A stretch of DNA of 64,000 bases from Cycas panzhihuaensis. Taxonomy: Eukaryota; Plantae; Cycadophyta. The notes beneath the pieces were generated by a model. The model ran no database searches. It had not been told where the DNA came from and saw only the letters and a program-made list of their open reading frames with translations. The stretch spans positions 138,515,741 to 138,579,740 of the forward strand of contig CM041465.1 in NCBI GenBank assembly GCA_023213395.1, written 5' to 3'. Position numbers and translations under genes: made by a program. Positions within the stretch are counted from its first letter, which is position 1. Each line of letters starts with the position of its first letter. This document shows, piece by piece, positions 55,701-64,000 of the stretch.

Positions 55701-57295
55701 TATTAACTTAGTTAGTCTTGTCTGAAGAACAAGCTAAGTGGGTTCATTGATTATAAGTCTTTGACTTCTTAATAACATATAAAAAAGGCAAAGATAATAT
55801 AGTGGCAGATGCTCTTTCATGTCTCCATCCTGATGACAATGTTCTTAACCCAAGCCTCCATGCCATTAGCAACCCCTAACCTCTTTAGCTTGATGAACTA
55901 TGTGTTGAAAATCAAGCCCAGCCAGACTATCCTAATTGGAGGGAAAACGTTCTTACCCATAAAGGTTGGTCAACCTTCAATAATCACCTCCTCTGCCACA
56001 ATCGTATCTTTGTCCATCCCTCCTCCTCATTCATCCCTAAAATCCTAATAGAATACCACTCGTCCCCCCTTAGCTGCCACTCTGGCTTCAATAAGACTTA
56101 TCGATAGATTCGCATAGATTTCTTTTGGCCCCGCATGAAGACCACCATATTCACCTTCGTATTAGAATGTGACACTTGTCAATGAAATAAAGTAGAGACC
56201 AAACCTCTCCCTGGCCTTCTCTAACTATTAAATATTCTGCAAGGTAAGTGGCAAGATATTGCCATGGACTTCATCACGGGCTTACCCCCATCTGTTAGGT
56301 TTGACTCCGTTTGGGTAATTATTGATCAATTAACCAAGTACTCACACTTTTTCCTAGTGCATACCTCATATTCTTCCTCCCATCTTACTGACTTATATGT
56401 CCAATTTATATTCTGCCTCCATGGCTTCCCATCATCTATCATTTGTGACTGAGACCCTAAGTTTATTAGCTCCTTTTGGCAAGAACTCTTTAAGGCTGTT
56501 GGAACCTCATTTAACATGAGCTCTGCCTACCACCCACAAATAGATGGCCAATCTGAGGTTCTAAACAAAACTTTAGAAACTTATCTACGTTGCTTCACTT
56601 CAGAACACCAAGCTAAGTGGACCTCATGGCTTGCTCTGGCCGAATATTGGTATAACTCCTCCAATCATTCTACCATTGGTATGTTCCCCTTTTTGGCTCT
56701 TTATAGCTACCACATACCTTCCCACCATACCCTAACCACAAACTTTAGAACTACTTCTATGTAATAAAAGCTTCAAGAAATGGATCAAATCTTGCATGCC
56801 CTTCGATAAAATCTAGCCACTGCTTGAAATCGAATGAAGCAATTGGTAGACTGCTACTAATCCAATTGATCCTTTAATATTGGAGATCTAGTATACCTTT
56901 GCCTTCGTCAACAATCACTCAAGTCCCATCAAGGGCATAAACTAAGCCCCCACTACTATGGCCCTTATAAGATCTTGCACAAAATTGATAAAGTTACTTA
57001 TGCCCTTGCACTCCTCCCAGACACTAATATCCACAATGTCTTCCACGGGTCCTGCCTAAAAAAATGCCTTGGAGCTAAAGTTACACCCCATATGACCCTA
57101 CCCATTCTCTCTAAAGAATAAACTCTCACAATTCCTCCTAATAAAATCCTTACCAGTCGCCATCGTCGCCTCTAGAATTGCATTATTTCTAAACACTTGG
57201 TACAGTGGATCGATTGCGATGCTGATGAAGCTACTTGGGAGATAGATCAGTTCATCTAGAAACATCCTCATCTCCAATGCTGCGGGGACTCAGCG
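52783..57295 (+). pseudogene. Chromovirus gag-pol (gag, PR, RT, RH, INT, chromodomain)
   Basis: ORFs at 52934, 54653 (LCVDYRELN), 54959 (FFDDILIY), 55325 (LECDA), 56264 (MDFITGLP) and 56516 (YHPQIDGQSE); C-terminal KILTSR..HLVQW..EATWE chromodomain. Confidence 0.95.
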
Positions 57296-59042
57296 TCTCA
57301 GAGGGGGGAACCTGTAACATAATCCCACATTTCCTTAGCAAGAGGGACCCACCAACAAGTAAGGATTAAGGGGTTTAGTAAGTTATGTGTATGGACTGCT
57401 AAGCCATCCAATAAGATGTAAGGCCGCTAGGACCACCAATAGAATCATTAAGGATGAAGACCCTTACTTGTGTATTTAAAGGGTTAAACCACTCGTAATG
57501 TTATTGAGTATGATATCTTAAAAGGAGAAAGTACTTTGGTACTCATTTTGGTAATTCATTTTCTGTGATCTGCTTGCACACTCATGTTATTTGGCTTCAT
57601 TTTCTGCTAACTATCACTCCTATGGGCCCAAATTTCTAAGAAGGGATGGTCCACCCCATGTGTAGAATTTATAGGAAAATTATTACTATGGTTAGACAAA
57701 GAAGCTTGATTAACACTGAGATCTAATAAGAAACCCATTGCCCTACTCACTGTCAAACATTTTAGGAAAATATTTAAGCTTCACAAGCGAGATATATCTT
57801 TTGATATAAAACAATTATAGTGTATAGTGGCTAAAGATCAAGAGTTTATAAAGGAAATAGGTGAATGGTACAATGACTAGCCAAACAAAGTGATGCAGAA
57901 GGAGATTCAATGTTACATAACTTATCTGACTAAGTTATGTAAACCACTATGGAACTTTGTGCATGTGCCGTTTAGGGGGCCAATAGTATGCATGGGCGCT
58001 GCCGTCCAATAGAATGTAAGGCCATTTAGGCCGCCAATAGGATTACATGTATAAGACCCTATTTTGTCTATATAAGGTTCATAAATTGTAAATGATGGTT
58101 ATCTTGATAAAAGATTTTTATAGAGATTATTCTACGGTACTTTCTATCTTTTGGTGATCATTTAGCACTTTGGTGTTCTTATGAAACTCTTGGTTAACTT
58201 GTTTGCTCTATTAGATAAGAAGACACTACTACGATTATCAAATTCTCTGCTATCTCAAGAGTATTAGTGAGAAGAAATATCCCAAGTGGTATCAGAGCTG
58301 CGTCACGATCATGGGAGGCTGCCCAAAAGACCAATTTTTTTTTTTCCCTATCAAATCGAGTACTCTCTCTACCCTAGTAAAGATCGAGGAAAGACCTTCG
58401 CTTAGTACTTTCTCAATGGAGATTGAGGAACGGTATCAAGATAGTCCAAGAGTTAGGAGAAAGGGGAAATTCTTTTCCCAGGTAACTCTAGTACTTTATC
58501 CCTTATCTTTCATCTAGTTTTAATTTCATTCCTATATTTCAATTATGGTATTGAATTATATCTAAAGGGTAGATAACATCACTAAGTGGCTACTTTTTTT
58601 TTTTCTCCCTCCCACCTCCTTTCGCAGGTAGATAACACCACTGGGTGGCTACCCAAGTAATCAGGTAGAGACCCTATACTGGAGGTCTTTAAATATCACA
58701 GGAATCTGTCATTCTGGCTAAGTGCATAGTGGCCTGCATGCCCTTTACGTTAAGGATTGGAGTATCACTCTTGAGCTAAGCCCTAGATAGAACTTAGCTA
58801 CAGAAGTGTGCCTCCACGTACCTTCGGTTATATAGGAGGACCCCACCTTCAGGTCCCAATCCTTTTCTAGCATAGGCAACTATCGACTGCTGAAGTCTTG
58901 TAGTGAAGTGATTAGTGGTTAGCGCCACGAAGCTACCTACCCCAAACTTCTATAGTTTATTAGCAGGCCTATAAGACCAAGCACACCTTATCTAGTGGTT
59001 GGTAGGATACTTTGGTTAAGACGGTAAGCCACCTCATAATTT

Positions 59043-59187
59043 GAAAAACAAAGAAAAAGAAAAGAAGGGAGAGAGAGAGAAAGAGAGAGAGAGAGAGAAG
59101 AAAACATATAAAAAAAGAAAAAGAAACGATATTAAAAAGAGAGAGAGAGAGAGAAAACATAAAGGAAAAAAAAAAAGGGAAGAAAAG

Positions 59188-59251
<64 letters not shown>

Positions 59252-59288
59252 CATATAAAAAATTTTAAAAAAAGAGAGAAAAAGGAAA
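59043..59288 (+). repeat. Polypurine (GA)n/A-rich tract in the chromovirus leader
   Basis: Directly visible; longest pure GA run about 59191-59248. Confidence 0.95.
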
Positions 59289-59652
59289 TTTACCCTTACA
59301 GGTATTTACCTCATTTTGATTAGCACATCGTAGTGGTCAATTTGTACTAGGTTGGTATATACTATAAATTTTCACAATTTTTAGTACCTAATCACTGGTG
59401 AGCCCCACCACTCCCCCTACACTTCACATGCCCCATTCGAACAAGCTTTTCATACTGTTGAAAGAACTTGATATCTTGTTTATGTAACTTTCTTTGGGGT
59501 CAATAGGCTATAGACACCCCATAATCTCCCTATTCACCCCCTCTCTTTCCCTTAATAACTCCCTTTTTCTTATGTCTTGTTCTTTCTTGATCTTTTCCAC
59601 TTCATTTATTCCCCTTCTTTCTACTTATTCCTACCTCTTTATGCCCTTTCTC

Positions 59653-62600
59653 CATGGCTCCTTAAAGCAACAGTGACAAAATATCGACACTCGAGACCAA
59701 AGTCAACAAAATTCATGATAAAGTAGAGGGTCTTGGCCATATACGTGAGGAGGTTAAAAATGAAATAGCTATCATGCGCGCAGAATTTAGCTCAAAATTG
59801 TAAAACCTAATATCTCATGATGATGTCCATGATGTAATTAAGAGGTTGAACAACATCTCTCCTCCACCACCAGTTGGCCCCACACAACAATAAATTGTTC
59901 CTCTGCCTCCACATCAGCAGCAACCATTCTATCATAAGATCAACATACCCACATTTGATCTAGATCTCAACAGGGATAGTGCACAAAGTTGGATTAACAA
60001 ACCATAGTCTTACTTTACACTTAACCCAATATCAGTAAATAAGCAACTTACATTTGCTTCCATTCACTTAGATGGGAAGGCACATCATTGGTTCTGATGG
60101 TGGAAATGGGAGTACCCCTCCAACCAGTCTTGGGTACACTTCTCTACCTATTTTTTTTAGTAGTATGAAGACACTTAAAGTCAATCGTTTTTTACACAGC
60201 TAACATGTTTGAAGCAAGTATCCTCTATCGAAGTTTACACTGACGAGTTCTAATCTTTACGTAATTAGGTTGATTAGTAACTTGATAAACATATAAAGAT
60301 AGATATGTATGTGTCTGGACTTAAAGAATGTATCCAAATGCAGTTGAGGACAATCTCCATATCCACTCTAAAGGATACAATTAATATGGCTTAAGTAATA
60401 GAAGCATAATTTGTTGCAGAAAGACTTCCTCTGTTTAGACGAGACTCTAGGTGGTTTTCATAATCCTGACAAGCTGATACATCCTGGTCCCAGAGACCAT
60501 GATCACGCCCACGACTAAAGGACACCCAGCTATATCTCTTGAGTAGCACACTGAGGAATCATCTTCAAAGTCTATCCACATCACTCTTGTAGAGGCACAA
60601 TGTCGTTAGGAAGCCAGTCTATGTATGCAATATTTTGAAAAATGGACCACTGGTCACAATAGAATCTGTAAAGCTAGGAAGATGGTCTTCACAATTGACC
60701 AGACTTACCCTTGGATGATGACCCTGAACCTGATCATGAATATGATGATGAACCCCAAGACCACCCTACTCACGAGTTACCCCCAAACCCTAAGCCCAAA
60801 GTTTCCTTATCAACAGTTATCTCTATTGCATGTCCTAAACCACTTCGAGTCAAAGGAATACTTAGAAAAACCCCAATTACCATTTTGATTGACGGTGGTG
60901 TGTCGCTAAATTTCATCGACATCTACATTGCCCGCCAACTGAATCTTTACATAGAACCTAAAACTGGCTTCACTTGCTCCTTACCTGGTCATCATACACT
61001 CCATTATGCGGGAACAATAAAAAACCTCACAGTCCATATTAGCTCATATGCCCTTGTCTCTGATTTTTATGCCCTATCCATAGGTGGGTTAGATGTAATT
61101 CTTGGCATATAATAGCTCCAGACTCTAGGAACTTATAGCACAAATAACTCACCCATGACCCCCTTCATTATGTTCAAAGATTAGATGGGCCACTCTTATA
61201 AACTTTATGGGATGCAAGCCCCCCTAAACAAAGTAATCTCATCCTCACGAATGCGCTGCCAACTCAATGGTAACATAGGATACATCGTTCATCCTAACTA
61301 TATCCAGGCCCCCTCAGGTATCCACCCTGATATCCAACAAGTATTAGATTGATACCAATTTGTATTTGCTCTGTTACTTGCTAGCCCCCCACTTGATTGA
61401 GGCTTTTACTATACTATTAAGTTACAAAGTTCGCACGACCCAATTAGCCTTCGACCATATAGAAATTCCTATTTCCAAAAAATTGAAATCAAAAAAATCA
61501 AGCGAGAATTGTTGGACATGAGTATTGTCCAACCTAGTAAAATCTCGTATGTGGCACCCATTATCTTAGTTTGCAAGAAGGATGGCTCTTTCTGACTTTG
61601 TGTTGACTATCATGCACTCAATAAAATTACCATAAAAAATAAGTCTCCTATGCTACAAATCGATGACATGTTAGATGAAATCCATGGCACTACAATTTTC
61701 ACCAAGCTTGATTTATAGTCAGGACACTACCAAATCCCCATCTTGCCAGAGGATCAACATAAAATAGCTTTCTAAACCCACCATGGCCACTTTGAGTTCC
61801 AGATCACGCCCTTTGGCCTACGTAATGCTCTGGCCACCTTTTAAGTCCTCATGAACAAGATATTTTCTCCATACTTACGAAAATTTATCATTGTCTTCTT
61901 CAATGATATTCTTATCTATAGCTCAAACATGTCGGCCCATATCCCACATCTAGAAACAGTCCTTCAAATCCTAGTTGAGAATAAACTGTATGATAAGCTC
62001 TCTAAATATGAATTTAGGAAATCTAAATTACAATACCTTGGGCATATTATATCCTTTGCAAGGGTTTGGGTGGATCCTGATAAAATCTTTGTCATCACTA
62101 ATTGGCCAACCCCAAAATCCCTAACCTAATCGCGGGCTTTCCTAGGACTTACTAGGTTCTATCGTTGGTTTGTTCGAAATTATGCCACCCTAACCACTCC
62201 CTTAACCCACTTACTTCGGAAGGATTCCTTTTAATGGTCCCCCTCAGCTAATGAGGCCTTCCTCCATTTAAAGGAGGTCATGACAACCACCCCAGTCTTG
62301 GCCTCCCCTGACTTTTCTTAGCCTTTCCAATTAGAATGTGATGCTTCTGGGTTTGGATCAGGTGTGGTCTTAATGCAAAACTTCCACCCCATTGCCTTTG
62401 AAAGTCAAAAACTCAAAGATCATGAGTGTAGAATTTCTACCTATAAAAAAGAAATGCAGGCCATCCTCCATGCTGTTGACAAGTGGTGACAGTATTGACT
62501 TGGTTCTAAATTCACTATCCTCACTGATCATCATAGCCTTCACCATTTACTAGATCAACCAATCCTCTCAGAAGAGCAAGCGAAATGGGTTGACCACCTC

Positions 62601-64000
62601 TAAGTTTTTGATTTTACAATCACATATAGAAAGGGGAAAGATAACTTTGGCAGATGCTCTCTCGAGGTTACCTTCACCTACACTTGGCGATAACACCAGT
62701 CATACTGAGGACCCCACCATTTATGCCATTTCCTCCCCACAACTGACATGTCTATAGGATTTAGCCATGGCTAACCAAAACCAACATGATTTTGCGCACT
62801 AGGCCAATAAGGCCCACACTCATAAGGATTAGTCCATCCATAATAATCTTCTCTTATACCAAAATTACATATTCGTACATCCCCTCTCAGCTTTTATCCC
62901 ATAGATTTTATCAGAATATCATTATTCCCCTCTTGGTGGCTACTCTAGTTTTGATAAAACCTACTGTAGGATTCGTTTTGACTTCGTTTGGCGAGAAATG
63001 AAATCCACCATCCTTACCTTTGTCTCAGAATGTGATACATGCCAACGTAACAAAGTTAATACAAAATCCTAACTAGGCCTCCTTCAACCATTGCACATCC
63101 CATAAAGTGAATGGCAAGATATTGCCATGGACTTTATAACAGGCCTACCACCATCTGTTAGATCTGACTCCATTTTATTAGTCATAGATCGGTTGAAAAA
63201 ATATACCCACTTCTTGCCCATCCACACATCCTATAAAGCCCCATGCATCGTTGACATCTACATCCAGACAATATTTTGTTTGCATGATTTTCCATCCACT
63301 ATTATATGCGATCGCGACCCTAAATTCACTAGCTCCTTTTAGCAAGAGTTATTCCATACATCAGGAACATCATTCAAGAATGAGTTCTGCATACCATCCA
63401 TAGACCAATGGCCAGTCTGAGGTCCTTAACAAAACTCAGGAGACCTACTTACATTACTTTGCATCTGACCACCAGTCTAAATGGACATCATAGCTAGCTC
63501 TAGTTGAGTATTGGTACAACTCCTCACACAATTCAACGATTGGAATGTCCTTATTTTTGGCTCTCTATGGGTATCCCCCACCGTCCTACCACACCTTAGC
63601 TACCAACCTCTATATGGTAGTAGTACAACAAAAATTATAGCATATGGACCAAATTCTCCATACCCTTAAACAAAACCTATCCATGGCCCAAAATTGAATG
63701 AAATAATTAGCAGGCTGCCACCACTTTAACCGCTCTTTCAATATTGGAGATCTAGTATTTCTTCATCTCTAACCTTATAAGCAATAATCCCTTCACCATC
63801 ATAAGAACCACAAACTTAGCCCTCGATATTATGGCCCCTATAAAGTCCTTAAACGTATTGGTGAAGTTACATATGCTCTCGACCTTCCCCCTACCACAAA
63901 CATCCATAATGTTTTTCATGTCTCTTATCTTTGGAAGTGTCTAAGCAAAACCCATACTCCCCAGACAACCCTTCCAATTTTGGATGAAGAGCAAACCTTG
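59653..64000 (+). pseudogene. Chromovirus gag-pol remnant
   Basis: ORFs at 60711 (protease LIDGGVSLNFI, DVILG), 61851 (RT FFNDILIY) and 63127 (integrase MDFITGLP, DRDPKF). Confidence 0.95.

Larger units (their letters stand above)
57911..64000 (+). mobile_element. Sister chromovirus from the 5' LTR to integrase; runs off the window
   Basis: LTR 57911-58284 (TG...CA, three CCAAT boxes, TATA); perfect PBS TGGTATCAGAGC 58287-58298; leader and polyprotein collinear with 50300-57653. Confidence 0.95.

Noticed and set aside
58969-59268. K/R/E-rich and F/L/S-rich ORFs
   Set aside because: Translations of the (GA)n tract.

Overview
AT-rich eukaryotic (land-plant-type) heterochromatin made almost entirely of nested, decayed LTR retrotransposons. 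I see no intact host gene, RNA gene or CRISPR array. From left to right: the 3' end of Copia A (1-1695); Copia B (5' LTR 3081-3360, gag-pol about 6590-11418), whose leader holds a ~1 kb (TA)n array bracketed by ~109-bp inverted repeats and whose gag is interrupted by a 1.87-kb TRIM-like element (7107-8977); a 5'-truncated chromovirus (about 11425-14621); a minus-strand RT-less non-chromovirus Gypsy with four CCHC knuckles and a 3' coiled-coil extra ORF (15279-27346), hosting deleted Copia C (18697-22351); and a large Tat-type Gypsy with the order PR-aRH-RT-RH-INT (from about 27345 to beyond 57910). The Tat element hosts full-length Copia D (30109-37261), a minus-strand chromovirus (40363-45901) and two sister chromoviruses (50300-57653 and 57911 to beyond 64000). 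All coding regions are pseudogenised by pervasive C>T/G>A transitions. The most unusual points are an apparent extra ORF inside the Tat element's LTRs, the inverted-repeat/(TA)n structure, and microsatellites expanded at a homologous leader position in the sister chromoviruses. Boundaries, alignments and translations were done by eye, so coordinates marked about or ~ are approximate.
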